Source: Promethearchaeota archaeon (GTDB taxonomy: Archaea > Asgardarchaeota > Lokiarchaeia > Sigyniarchaeales > SOKP01). From it: a stretch of 62,997 bases of DNA. Positions 50,269 to 59,774 of this stretch are shown here, piece after piece. A program made the translations under genes and the position numbers. How positions within the stretch are numbered: the stretch's first letter is position 1; the number at the start of each line of letters is the position of its first letter. The notes under the pieces are model-generated. The model was given only the letters and a program-made list of their open reading frames with translations. It did no database searches and was not told the DNA's origin. Location of the stretch: NCBI GenBank assembly GCA_048941265.1, contig JBHLNT010000009.1, positions 1 through 62,997 on the forward strand, given 5' to 3'.

Positions 50269-51855
50269 ATGGTTGATAAAGTTATACCTTATCTTATTAA
50301 TTTAGGAGAAGTCATTCCAACCCGCTCAAAAGCTACTCTTTTAAATGAAATCGCTATGGCTCTTATAGAGTGCATAAACATTTATGGAGCTAAGAAAATC
50401 ACCAAAAAGGGAAAAATCAATAAAATTGCGACATGTTTTTGGCCTGTTCGATTGATTCCTTTAAGCGATACAAGAGCATCTGTATGTTCATATTTTCTTA
50501 ATAAACAAGAAAAATTAAATGTTGGCCCTTTTAATCAATTACCCCCCCCTCCTAATAACGTAATTAAGGGAGCTGATCCTACTACATTCTTAAACTCTTT
50601 ACGATCATATAATACGGCATATTTAAAAAAAAGTAAGAATTACAATCGAGCAACGGTAATCCAGGAGGCATTATTTAATACCAACGAAATAGGTTATTTT
50701 AAGAATTTTTTTTTAAATCAATATGATTTAAGTGCTTTCGGAGAACCATACTTTCTATTAGAAGGGGACCCAATTGCCAAAAGCGTTAATCAAATAAAAA
50801 TTGTACAAGATGTATATGATTTTGTAGGATTAAAAGATGTTGATACTCTCGATAATTATGCTCAACAAATTATAAAATTATGTGATAAATGGCTTCAAAA
50901 AAGTTCTCAAGAGGTTGAAAAGATTAAAGGAACCACTATTGATACTAGAGAAGAAGAAAGACAGCTCGCTAGACTTAATAGCGAATTGAAACAAGAAAAA
51001 GAAAGAGATCTAAAAAATAGTTCCGAAGAATTACTAAAGTCGGGCAATTATAGAATTAGCGATAAAACTAGTGAATTAAATAATCATATAAATTCCATAA
51101 AAAATGCTGTCGAACGTTTGAAAAATGCCGTTAATCAAAAAGAGCTCTCTCTTCTTGATGAAGGAATGAATGAACTTGAATTGAGATATAATGATTTAGG
51201 CAATTCAATTAGTAGATATAAAACAGAAATTGCTCAATTAAAAAAGAATTTAAATCGTGAAGGGAGAGATATTGAAAATTCACATAATACAAAAGTTACT
51301 GAACTTGAGCGTAGAATATCGGAAGTTCAAAGAGATATTGGTACAAAACATAAGGGATTAAGTTCTGACTTAGCATCCGCAGAGGATATAAATGTTCAAA
51401 TTAAAAATGAAAAGCAAAGTTGCTTGGATAATATTGAGAGTGTTAAAAACGGAGAATTAACAGATCTTCAGAATTTTTTTAATAATTATACGATTGAAAT
51501 AAATACTCAAAATATCATTGTTGGTATACCGATATTTGTATTTTATTTTGTAGACCTAAATACGAACCAAACATCAGAAAGAGCCCCAGTTTTACCTCTA
51601 ATGATCGATAAAGGAAAAGTTCAAAGAACGAAGATTACTGAGAGTTTTAGAAAAGAGCTCCATAATATTATGAATAAGTATACCCCAATGGTTGATCTGG
51701 TTGAGATTGAAGGAGAAAAAAATAATCTCATGGAAGCGATAAAAAATGTTGATACTCAACTTGAAGATGCAGTTAATGATTTAAGGATGCAAAAAATACT
51801 AAGTAAGAAAGAAGCAGATCAAGCGAAAGAAGTAATAAATAATATTGTATGGTAA
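50269..51855 (+). CDS. Hypothetical protein with long central coiled coil
   Basis: About 200 aa of heptad-rich E/K/L/N sequence (approximately residues 190-410) between globular N- and C-terminal segments; ATG 50269 behind GGTGA (alternative 50260). Confidence 0.75.
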   Translation: MVDKVIPYLINLGEVIPTRSKATLLNEIAMALIECINIYGAKKITKKGKINKIATCFWPVRLIPLSDTRASVCSYFLNKQEKLNVGPFNQLPPPPNNVIKGADPTTFLNSLRSYNTAYLKKSKNYNRATVIQEALFNTNEIGYFKNFFLNQYDLSAFGEPYFLLEGDPIAKSVNQIKIVQDVYDFVGLKDVDTLDNYAQQIIKLCDKWLQKSSQEVEKIKGTTIDTREEERQLARLNSELKQEKERDLKNSSEELLKSGNYRISDKTSELNNHINSIKNAVERLKNAVNQKELSLLDEGMNELELRYNDLGNSISRYKTEIAQLKKNLNREGRDIENSHNTKVTELERRISEVQRDIGTKHKGLSSDLASAEDINVQIKNEKQSCLDNIESVKNGELTDLQNFFNNYTIEINTQNIIVGIPIFVFYFVDLNTNQTSERAPVLPLMIDKGKVQRTKITESFRKELHNIMNKYTPMVDLVEIEGEKNNLMEAIKNVDTQLEDAVNDLRMQKILSKKEADQAKEVINNIVW

Positions 51856-51906
51856 TATATTTAATTTTTTTATTTATAATTTTGTTTAACCCTTAAAATT
51901 CAAATT

Positions 51907-52074
51907 TTATTCAATATAATTCATTTGCTGTCCACAACATTCTGGAATGGGTTGATGTCCACAATGATCAGAACAACAGCATATTAAGTATTCTCCTTTT
52001 AATATCATCGATCTATCACAACAATTTGGAACTTCTTTCTCATTTCCGCACACATTACACAATAATTTCGGCAT
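51907..52074 (-). CDS. 55-aa cysteine-rich metal-binding protein with two desulforedoxin-like units (missed by the ORF track)
   Basis: MPKLLCNVCGNEKEVPNCCDRSMILKGEYLICCCSDHCGHQPIPECCGQQMNYIE*; 10 Cys; GTGA upstream. Confidence 0.8.
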   Translation of the reverse strand: MPKLLCNVCGNEKEVPNCCDRSMILKGEYLICCCSDHCGHQPIPECCGQQMNYIE

Positions 52075-52273
52075 CTTTAGCATCACTTTTCTTATATAGT
52101 TCCTCTATTTAATTCAAAGAAAATAGGAAACAAAAATACTTTTGTTATACTATATAAAAACCTTAAAATAATTAATTTAGTAGTAAAAGTAAAAATTCCT
52201 GAAATATTCTTAATTATTACAATTTGTTTGACATTTAGAAAAACATAGGCAAATATTGATTTCTAACTTTATT

Positions 52274-52519
52274 TTACTTCGAGAACTCTTTCATTACAAC
52301 ATGTGTATTAGTTTCTAAAATTCCATCAATGAGATCGATATTCTTAGCAAAAGATTCGTATAATTCATCTGTAGAATCTACTTCAATTTCAGCAAGAATA
52401 TCATAATCTCCTGTTAAAGAAAAAACTTTTTTAATTTCGTGGATCTTATTAAGTTCTTCTACAACTTTTTCGGCTTTTTTATGTTCAACTTGACAAAATA
52501 TTAATGCTTTAACTGTCAT
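52274..52519 (-). CDS. Stand-alone Lrp/AsnC ligand-binding (RAM) domain protein
   Basis: KALIFCQV, VFSLTGDYDILAEI, IDGILETNT. Confidence 0.9.
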   Translation of the reverse strand: MTVKALIFCQVEHKKAEKVVEELNKIHEIKKVFSLTGDYDILAEIEVDSTDELYESFAKNIDLIDGILETNTHVVMKEFSK

Positions 52520-52549
52520 ACTAAATAAAAATGATAGTTAGTTCTTAAT

Positions 52550-53878
52550 CTAACCTATATTTAATTTATTGATTTTTTTTATAAAAAGAATATCTATCTT
52601 TTTTATTCCTTCTAGATTTCTAATCTGTGTGTCAATTAAATAATAGATATCTTTAATCGAATTTGTTTTTACATTTAACAGTAAATCATATACACCAATT
52701 AATAGACTTACATTAATTATCCCATTAAATTTTAATAATTCAAGAGGACTTTTCTTAAGGAACCCTTGATCTTGTCTAATTAATAAAAGAGCATTAACCT
52801 TATTTTTAGTCTCATGAGCATATCTGAACAGAATCGAGATAATTAATAAAAAAATTACAATAATTAAAAATTCTAAGGGAAAATATTGACTTACAATCAA
52901 TACTCCAAACAAAATTGCGGATATTGGCTCAATAATAGCAAGGATACTAATCCATTGATTATAGGTTAATTCATATGGGCTCCAGTTTGCTTCTGCAATA
53001 AAAAATAAGAGGTAAGGAATTATCGTTGAAAAAACTATCAAGAAAAGGATTTCCCATCTCATCAAAATCTGAAAAATATAAGGAAATTCATTAAAGAATT
53101 TACTAGTTTCATCTGATAAATCTCCTTTCAATGGTAGAAAATATATTAGAAGCAAAAATGGAAACATTATCGCTATTCCCGTAAGAAATATTAATGAAAT
53201 TCTCAAAATCATACGATATAATTTGTAATTTTTATCAAGATTAATTAATTTTATCTCTTTTTTGCTATAATATTCCTTAGCCATGCCGATTTGCAAAAAA
53301 GTTAAACATGCTGTAAATAGCAAGACATACATAAAGCCATATGAGATATTCCTTTCATTACCACTTTGAGGCTCTTGAATTTTAACAAAAATTATAATTC
53401 CTATTGAAAAAATTAATATTAAGAGGTAGAGGAATTTAAATAAATCTAATTTCTCGGAATTAACCCCATGCTCATAAAATGCGATTAAAATAATACTTAA
53501 TTGAAAACCAATCATCGTAAAAGCAATAGACGTTGTTTTTAGAGCTAAAAAATAACCAATAATTTGAAGAATTATACCAAAAAATCCCAACAGAGAGTAG
53601 TAATAAATATTTTTTATGTTATACAAGTTAGGATTTTTATTTAGAGTAAAATTAATAAACTCTTTGAAATCTATTTTAAATTTTTCATTAGTAGCAGTTT
53701 TATTATGATATATCATATAAAACAGCGATATTCCAAGTAGAATTACACCTGACATAAAAAATCTTAAGAAAATAATCATTAAAATTGAGATTTCGAAGAA
53801 AAGTCTAATAACAAGGACGGGTATAAGCCCCCATAAAATACTGGCAATTATTAAATGAAAAATATATTTATTTTGCAT
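52550..53878 (-). CDS. EamA/DMT-family membrane transporter fused to a C-terminal Lrp/AsnC (RAM)-like domain
   Basis: ASILWG, FLRF, STIIPY, IIEPISAILFG (EamA motifs); C-terminal VNALLLI...SLLIGVYDLLLNV...IRNLEGI resembles the adjacent RAM protein. Confidence 0.75.
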   Translation of the reverse strand: MQNKYIFHLIIASILWGLIPVLVIRLFFEISILMIIFLRFFMSGVILLGISLFYMIYHNKTATNEKFKIDFKEFINFTLNKNPNLYNIKNIYYYSLLGFFGIILQIIGYFLALKTTSIAFTMIGFQLSIILIAFYEHGVNSEKLDLFKFLYLLILIFSIGIIIFVKIQEPQSGNERNISYGFMYVLLFTACLTFLQIGMAKEYYSKKEIKLINLDKNYKLYRMILRISLIFLTGIAIMFPFLLLIYFLPLKGDLSDETSKFFNEFPYIFQILMRWEILFLIVFSTIIPYLLFFIAEANWSPYELTYNQWISILAIIEPISAILFGVLIVSQYFPLEFLIIVIFLLIISILFRYAHETKNKVNALLLIRQDQGFLKKSPLELLKFNGIINVSLLIGVYDLLLNVKTNSIKDIYYLIDTQIRNLEGIKKIDILFIKKINKLNIG

Positions 53879-53970
53879 AATTTAATGTTTTTTTAATGGA
53901 TATAAAGCTTTTACATTATTATATTTAAAAAATAAATCCTAAAATATATCATTAGATATATTTATCTTCA

Positions 53971-54510
53971 TCAGTAATTAAATCCTTGTTGGAAGGCTTG
54001 AAAGTTTAATTCAATATATTTTTCTGGAACTGTATCTGAAATAGATTTCAATATGGATTCTTTTGATACAATCCCAGTTATTTTTATTAATGCTCCAAGT
54101 ATGATTATATTAGCCCCTTTCTCAAAATTTAATTTGGTCGCCATTGATGTTGCTGGAAGTTGATATAGATTTTTACTTTTTCCATCATTTTGGACAAGGT
54201 CGGAATTTATGATTGTAATTCCATTTTCTTTTACATAAGGAAAAAATTTATTAAAAGCATCTTGAGATAAAGCTATTAAAATATCAGGATTGTCAATTAC
54301 GGGATAATTAATTGAATTTTTTTCTGAAATAATCACATCACTCCATACTTTTGATCCCCGTTGTTCAGCTCCATAAGATTGAGTTTGAATTGCATTTTTA
54401 TTATCATAAATTGCAGCTTTACCTAATATGATGCTTGTTAGGATTACTCCCATACCACCTATACCACATATTCGTATGCCAATGTCATTTCTAATTTTTC
54501 CGGAACTCAT
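53971..54510 (-). CDS. 2-oxoacid:ferredoxin oxidoreductase gamma subunit
   Basis: IRICGIGGMG, QTQSYGAEQRG, ANIIILGAL, N..AF..G. Confidence 0.92.
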   Translation of the reverse strand: MSSGKIRNDIGIRICGIGGMGVILTSIILGKAAIYDNKNAIQTQSYGAEQRGSKVWSDVIISEKNSINYPVIDNPDILIALSQDAFNKFFPYVKENGITIINSDLVQNDGKSKNLYQLPATSMATKLNFEKGANIIILGALIKITGIVSKESILKSISDTVPEKYIELNFQAFQQGFNY

Positions 54511-55369
54511 TTCTAGCTCTCACTCTTAACTCTTCATATAATTGATGATAATTTGGTTTTTCCAAATCTGCTATTTCACCCACAATAATTTTACCCTCAT
54601 AATGGGCGGTAAAGCATTCATTTAAATCTTTAAATACATGAGCAGAAGTATTGTTATTCTGATTAGGTGAATAGCTAATGGATTCATTTAAATAATATTG
54701 TAAATAATCTGTTGTATTTTTGAAAATTTTCTTACCTACTGGACAAGGTGATATTATCTCGATAAATGCTAATCCTTGTTTTTGTAGTCCTTTTTTAATT
54801 GATTTAATTGCTTGTAAGGAATGAGCAGTAGTCCACCTTGCTACATATGTTGCTCCTGCTGCTTTTGCTAGGAATGATAAATTAAAAGAATGCTCTATAT
54901 TTTGGTAAGGTGTTGTTGATGAAATATACCCCATAGGGGTAGTGGGTGAAACTTGCCCTCCTGTCATCCCATAATTCTCGTTATTAATACAAATTACTGT
55001 AATAGTAATATTTCTTCTAATCGCCTGTAAAAAATGATTCAATCCAATAGCCGAGATATCTCCATCTCCTGTAAATACTATAACTGTCAAATCTGGGTTA
55101 GTTATTTTTATTCCAGTTGCATACGCAATAGCCCGACCATGAGTGGTATGAATCCCATAAGCTTCTAAGTAAGCTGGCAATCTTGATGAGCAACCTATAC
55201 CTGATACAAATACCAACTTATCTTGTGAAATATTTAAGGCATCAATAGCTCTTATCACATAATTTAAAACTTGCCCATTTCCACATCCAGGGCAAAATAT
55301 AGTAGGTAATAAATCTTTTCTCAAATATTTCTCTCTTAAATCTTTTGTCGAATTTATTATTCTAATCAC
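54491..55369 (-). CDS. korB: 2-oxoacid:ferredoxin oxidoreductase beta subunit (KorB-like)
   Basis: FCPGCGNG, SGIGCS, THGRA, GDGD, YGMTGGQVSPTT, SPCP; GTGA overlap with the alpha-subunit stop. Confidence 0.9.
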   Translation of the reverse strand: MIRIINSTKDLREKYLRKDLLPTIFCPGCGNGQVLNYVIRAIDALNISQDKLVFVSGIGCSSRLPAYLEAYGIHTTHGRAIAYATGIKITNPDLTVIVFTGDGDISAIGLNHFLQAIRRNITITVICINNENYGMTGGQVSPTTPMGYISSTTPYQNIEHSFNLSFLAKAAGATYVARWTTAHSLQAIKSIKKGLQKQGLAFIEIISPCPVGKKIFKNTTDYLQYYLNESISYSPNQNNNTSAHVFKDLNECFTAHYEGKIIVGEIADLEKPNYHQLYEELRVRARNEFRKN

Positions 55370-56532
55370 CTGGATTTAATTTTTTTCAGTATTTCTTTTG
55401 GAGTGTGTAATTCTCCTCCGATTTTAAAGCATTTTATTACTTCGCTATTCCCTCTAGAATGCTCAACTATCTTATGATATATTTGCCCAAGATTCATCTC
55501 AACAACTATAAATTTCTTAGTGTCATGGGAAATTTCGTATATTTCATCATGGGGAAAAGGCCATATGGTTATTAAGCGTAAATGTCCTACTTTATATCCT
55601 TCAGCTCGAGCTTGTTCTACGGCAGCAAGGGCAGGTCTTGAAGCAATACCATAAGATACTACAACAATGTCCGCATCATCCATGTATTTTAACTCCATAG
55701 ATATTATATCTGAGTGATTATCAACGATCTTTTCATAAAATCTTCTTACTAATTGCTCATGTACTTTTGCACTGTCAGTAGCAGGATATGCCTTCCAATC
55801 ATGTGTTAATCCTGTTAGATAAGTATGATATTTCTGGCCGAATATATCCATCTCTGGTACTTTTGAAGGGTTAATGAAACCTGTTCGAAATGGATGATAT
55901 TTTGATTTCTCGATAGTTACTGGCATTCGACTTATAATATCAACATCATTTTGCAGGGGAATTGTAAGTTTTTCTCTTGTATGAGCAAGAGCAGCATCGG
56001 ATAATAAAATGACAGGAACCCGATATTTATCTGCTAGATTAAATGCTCGAACAGTAACCCATAAGCTCTCTTGGACGCTATTAGGATAAAGCACTATTAC
56101 GTAGTGATCTCCATGGGTACCCCATCTTGCTTGCATTACATCTCCTTGAGCAGGTTTAGTTGGTTGACCTGTGGAAGGTCCAGATCGCTGAACATTGACT
56201 ATTACACAGGGTGTTTCTGTCATGCAGGCATAGCCTATGTTTTCTTGCATGAGAGAAAAACCTGGACCTGACGTTGCTGTCATAGCACGATAATTATTCC
56301 AACTTGCTCCTATTATAGCGGCTATGGATGAGATCTCATCTTCCATTTGCAAACAATACCCTCCATCTATTAAAGGTAAATATCTAGCCATCAGTTCTAA
56401 GATTTCAGTAGCAGGAGTTATAGGATATCCCGCAAAAAAACGACAATTAGCTAAAAGTGCCCCATATGCTATTGCCTCATTCCCAGTGGCAAATTGTAAT
56501 TTTGGCTCTAAAATTTCATCAACATTAATCAT
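55366..56532 (-). CDS. korA: 2-oxoacid:ferredoxin oxidoreductase alpha subunit (KorA-like)
   Basis: GNEAIAYGA, GYPITP, QMEDE, TSGPGFSLMQE, QRSGPSTGQPT, EMNLGQ; start placed after the delta subunit. Confidence 0.9.
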   Translation of the reverse strand: MINVDEILEPKLQFATGNEAIAYGALLANCRFFAGYPITPATEILELMARYLPLIDGGYCLQMEDEISSIAAIIGASWNNYRAMTATSGPGFSLMQENIGYACMTETPCVIVNVQRSGPSTGQPTKPAQGDVMQARWGTHGDHYVIVLYPNSVQESLWVTVRAFNLADKYRVPVILLSDAALAHTREKLTIPLQNDVDIISRMPVTIEKSKYHPFRTGFINPSKVPEMDIFGQKYHTYLTGLTHDWKAYPATDSAKVHEQLVRRFYEKIVDNHSDIISMELKYMDDADIVVVSYGIASRPALAAVEQARAEGYKVGHLRLITIWPFPHDEIYEISHDTKKFIVVEMNLGQIYHKIVEHSRGNSEVIKCFKIGGELHTPKEILKKIKSR

Positions 56533-56534
56533 TT

Positions 56535-56750
56535 TCAAGTTGTTACTTCCTCCTTTTCTACTGTTATAGCCATCTCTGGACAAATTAATTCGCATTTTTT
56601 ACAATTAATACATTCGTCCAGATCTAGAATCTCTGGTATTACATATCCTTTACTATTTAAATGATTAGATTCTCTCAAAATTTTTTTTGGGCAGATATTA
56701 ATACAATAACCGCAACCCTTGCAGTATTCTTCTACAACCTTAAACTTCAT
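56535..56750 (-). CDS. korD: 2-oxoacid:ferredoxin oxidoreductase delta subunit (2x[4Fe-4S])
   Basis: CKGCGYCINICP and CINCKKCELICPEMAI. Confidence 0.9.
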   Translation of the reverse strand: MKFKVVEEYCKGCGYCINICPKKILRESNHLNSKGYVIPEILDLDECINCKKCELICPEMAITVEKEEVTT

Positions 56751-56859
56751 ACTTTTTATTCTAACTATTTGTTAATTCTTGTTATCGATTAAATAATATA
56801 AAAAGATCCATTTAAAATTAACTGAAAAGTTTTTAATATTTTTTATCAAAAAAAGTTAA

Positions 56860-56902
56860 AACTGAACAATCAATGATAAATTCTTATAATAACTGAACAA
56901 TC
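56860..56902. repeat. Direct repeat AACTGAACAATC x2 in the divergent kor/epimerase promoter region
   Basis: Exact 12-mer at 56860-56871 and 56891-56902 (31-bp period); partial AACTGAA at 56820. Confidence 0.5.
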
Positions 56903-57069
56903 TTGTTAAAATACGATATTATTTAATATTTATTTCATAAAAGTCAATATAATTTGTATCACTATATTAAAATCTATAGGATATTTGAAATTTCATTGGT
57001 AGAATTATATAATTATTGTTTCATTATTGCAATGATACAAATCTAATATCTCAACAATTTCTATAAAAA

Positions 57070-57981
57070 ATGACTAAAATCTTAATAACCGGCGCTACAG
57101 GATTTATAGGGAGTTGGTTAGTAAGAGACTTAATAAAAAGAGGGAATAATGTCATAGCACATGGTAGTTCAAAAGAATCTATCGAAATTTTAAAACAAAA
57201 ACTTGAAAATGAGAATTTAATTTCTGAAAATATTGAATTCTGGGAACAGGATTTTCTTATGAAAAAGTGGAAATTTCCAGATTTTTCACAAATTAAAAAT
57301 ATAATACATTGTGCTGCTGCCACTAAAGTAAGGGAAGGAACAATAGAAAATTATGATAAATATTTTTCACTTAATGTCCAAGCTACGAAAAATATTGCTA
57401 AGAAAGCTCTTGAAAACGGGATATTTCATTTTATTCATCTTTCAACCGGTCAAATATTTGGGATTCCTGACACATTTCCAATTACAGAAAACACTCCAAA
57501 AAATCCAATAAATCTCTATGGAATAACAAAACTAATTGGAGAATACGTTGTTAAGTCTTTAGGAATATTAGGTCTAAATTATACCATTGTAAGACCTTTT
57601 TCTATATATGGTGAGGGACATTATAATATTATTTCAATTATCATGGATAAAATTTTTCGAAATGATACACTTACGATTTATGGTGATGGAACTCAGACTC
57701 GAGCGTTTTTACATGTGAATGATATATGTAGAGCAATTGGTCTCATTTTAAATAATAAGACATGTTTTAGAGAGGAATATAACTTATCAGGTCCAAAAGA
57801 ATACTCGATAAATGAATTAGTTGAACTTATTTCTAATATACTTAATAAAAAGCCTAAAATTGGTTATAAAAAATCTAATGTCAGAGAAATAAAACGAAAT
57901 GTCGCTGACCTTAGCAAAATTAAAAAGCTGGGATTTACTCCTAAAGAAACCCTCGAGGATTTTATTAATCAAATTAATTGA
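57070..57981 (+). CDS. NAD-dependent epimerase/dehydratase (extended SDR)
   Basis: ITGATGFIG, IHCAA, YGITK, RPFSIYG, GDGTQTRAFLHV. Confidence 0.92.
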   Translation: MTKILITGATGFIGSWLVRDLIKRGNNVIAHGSSKESIEILKQKLENENLISENIEFWEQDFLMKKWKFPDFSQIKNIIHCAAATKVREGTIENYDKYFSLNVQATKNIAKKALENGIFHFIHLSTGQIFGIPDTFPITENTPKNPINLYGITKLIGEYVVKSLGILGLNYTIVRPFSIYGEGHYNIISIIMDKIFRNDTLTIYGDGTQTRAFLHVNDICRAIGLILNNKTCFREEYNLSGPKEYSINELVELISNILNKKPKIGYKKSNVREIKRNVADLSKIKKLGFTPKETLEDFINQIN

Positions 57982-58103
57982 ATTCTTTTTATTCAAATTT
58001 TCTATAATATTGTTAAATATATGAATACAAATTTAGAATAATAGGCATTCTTAAATACTAATATTGCTAAAATAATAATTATTATTACAAACAAAATTAA
58101 ACG

Positions 58104-58589
58104 GTGGGATTCATCATTCAAAATGATGATCCAGAAATACTAAAGAGAAATTTAAGGGCAGCTAATTTAGTAAAAGAAACCAAATTGCTTAATATTGCTA
58201 GATTAGCGAAAATGTTGGTTGATTTATATGGTTTAGATAATCAATTCAAAAGGTTGAAAAAAAGGGAAGGACAAGAAGTAGAATTATCTATTCCTGCTTT
58301 AGAAGGATATATTAGGTTATTACTAACATCAGATAGAAATAAATTTGATGTAAGAGTTGAAAAAGCAAAAGATCCAGTTTCTACTATTAAAGTCAAAGTA
58401 AAAGAAGAAGATATACTAAAAGTATTGAGTAAGATTATCCGCTCTAAGGATAATATTTTTGGATTACTAAAGGTCGCAAAATTATACCTTCTTGGAAAAG
58501 TTAAGATAAAAGGCTCGAAGATTGCTGCTATTTTGTTAGTACGGAGCCTAATGATTGGAAAAGATAGAGTGTATAGATATAAATATTGA
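58104..58589 (+). CDS. Hypothetical protein with SCP2 (sterol carrier protein 2)-like C-terminal region
   Basis: Beta-rich middle and LYLLGKVKIKGS resembling the SCP2 AxxxGKLKIxG motif; first gene of the dehydratase operon. Confidence 0.5.
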   Translation: MGFIIQNDDPEILKRNLRAANLVKETKLLNIARLAKMLVDLYGLDNQFKRLKKREGQEVELSIPALEGYIRLLLTSDRNKFDVRVEKAKDPVSTIKVKVKEEDILKVLSKIIRSKDNIFGLLKVAKLYLLGKVKIKGSKIAAILLVRSLMIGKDRVYRYKY

Positions 58590-58600
58590 GGGAGTAAGAA

Positions 58601-59746
58601 ATGAGTTTACAGAATGACAAATTCTTAAATATTGCGAATTCAATATCGAATTCCTACTTAGAAAATACTGAGAAAAAAATTATTGGTTTTTATTGTACAT
58701 ATATCCCGGAGGAATTATTACATGCTGCAAAATTACTACCTTTTCGAATTAGATCTACAGGAAATGAAGACACAGATCTAGCTGATGTCTATATGGTTAG
58801 ATTTACATGCAGTTTTGTTCGATCTACTTTACATTTAGCGCTTCAAGGAGTCTATGACTTCTTAGATGGGTTTGTGGTATGTAATAGCTGCGACCATAGC
58901 CGAAGAATGTTCGAATTATTTGATCTAAAAGTTTTTAATAGAGAAGGCTTTAGTAAAAAGGTACCAAGATTTTACTTGGCTCTTCCTCATATTATAACTG
59001 AAGAAGGATTTGAATGGTATAAAAAGGAAGTGGAAGAATTTAAACAAGAATTAGAAAAAAGTTATAATATCGATAAGATTACTAATGAAAACCTTATCGA
59101 GTCAATTAATATTTATAATGAAAATCGAAGATTGCTAAGAGAAATGCATAATTTACGAATTATTGAGACCCCAAAACTTAGTGGAAGCGAGGCTTTACAA
59201 ATTTCCATGGCAAATTCCTCAATTCCTAAGGAAAATGCTAATAAAGAACTAGAGAGAATTCTACAAATATTAAAAGAAAGTGAAGGAATCAAAACTAATG
59301 ATAAAAGAATACTACTCGTTGGAAGTGTTGTGGACAATATTGACTTTACCCAATTAGTTGAGAGTTCTGGAGCAATTATTGTATCAGATTTTCTATGTTT
59401 TGGAACTCGCAATTTTCAAGATGATGTTAAACTAACAGCCAATGGAGATCCTATTGAAGATATATCCAAACGCTTATATTATAGAATGTCCTGCCCAAGA
59501 ATGATGGATGATCACGAGAGAAGATTAGAATTCTTAAAGAGTGAAATTAAGAAAGCTAATATTGATGGAGTGCTTCTACAAAGAATTAATAATTGTGACC
59601 TTCACGGATGTGATAATATGCTTTTTGAACATGAATTAAAGGATGATTTAGGAATTCCAGTGTTTAATATAGATCGAGAATCTTTTCAAGCAGATACTAC
59701 ACGATTACAAACCAGAATTGAGGCCTTTTTAGAGATGATAACCTGA
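58601..59746 (+). CDS. 2-hydroxyacyl-CoA dehydratase / benzoyl-CoA reductase family subunit (HgdB/BzdN-like)
   Basis: IGFYCTYIPEELLHAA, FTCSF, CDHSRR, CFGTR, CDLHG, TRIEAFLEM. Confidence 0.9.
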   Translation: MSLQNDKFLNIANSISNSYLENTEKKIIGFYCTYIPEELLHAAKLLPFRIRSTGNEDTDLADVYMVRFTCSFVRSTLHLALQGVYDFLDGFVVCNSCDHSRRMFELFDLKVFNREGFSKKVPRFYLALPHIITEEGFEWYKKEVEEFKQELEKSYNIDKITNENLIESINIYNENRRLLREMHNLRIIETPKLSGSEALQISMANSSIPKENANKELERILQILKESEGIKTNDKRILLVGSVVDNIDFTQLVESSGAIIVSDFLCFGTRNFQDDVKLTANGDPIEDISKRLYYRMSCPRMMDDHERRLEFLKSEIKKANIDGVLLQRINNCDLHGCDNMLFEHELKDDLGIPVFNIDRESFQADTTRLQTRIEAFLEMIT

Positions 59747-59774
59747 ACAAATTACAGGAAAAAAGAAGAGAATT

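Noticed and set aside
55355-55372. Possible ATA start for korB downstream of AGGTGA
   Set aside because: The GTG start overlapping the korA TGA (GTGA) is a standard translational-coupling arrangement and explains the gene.
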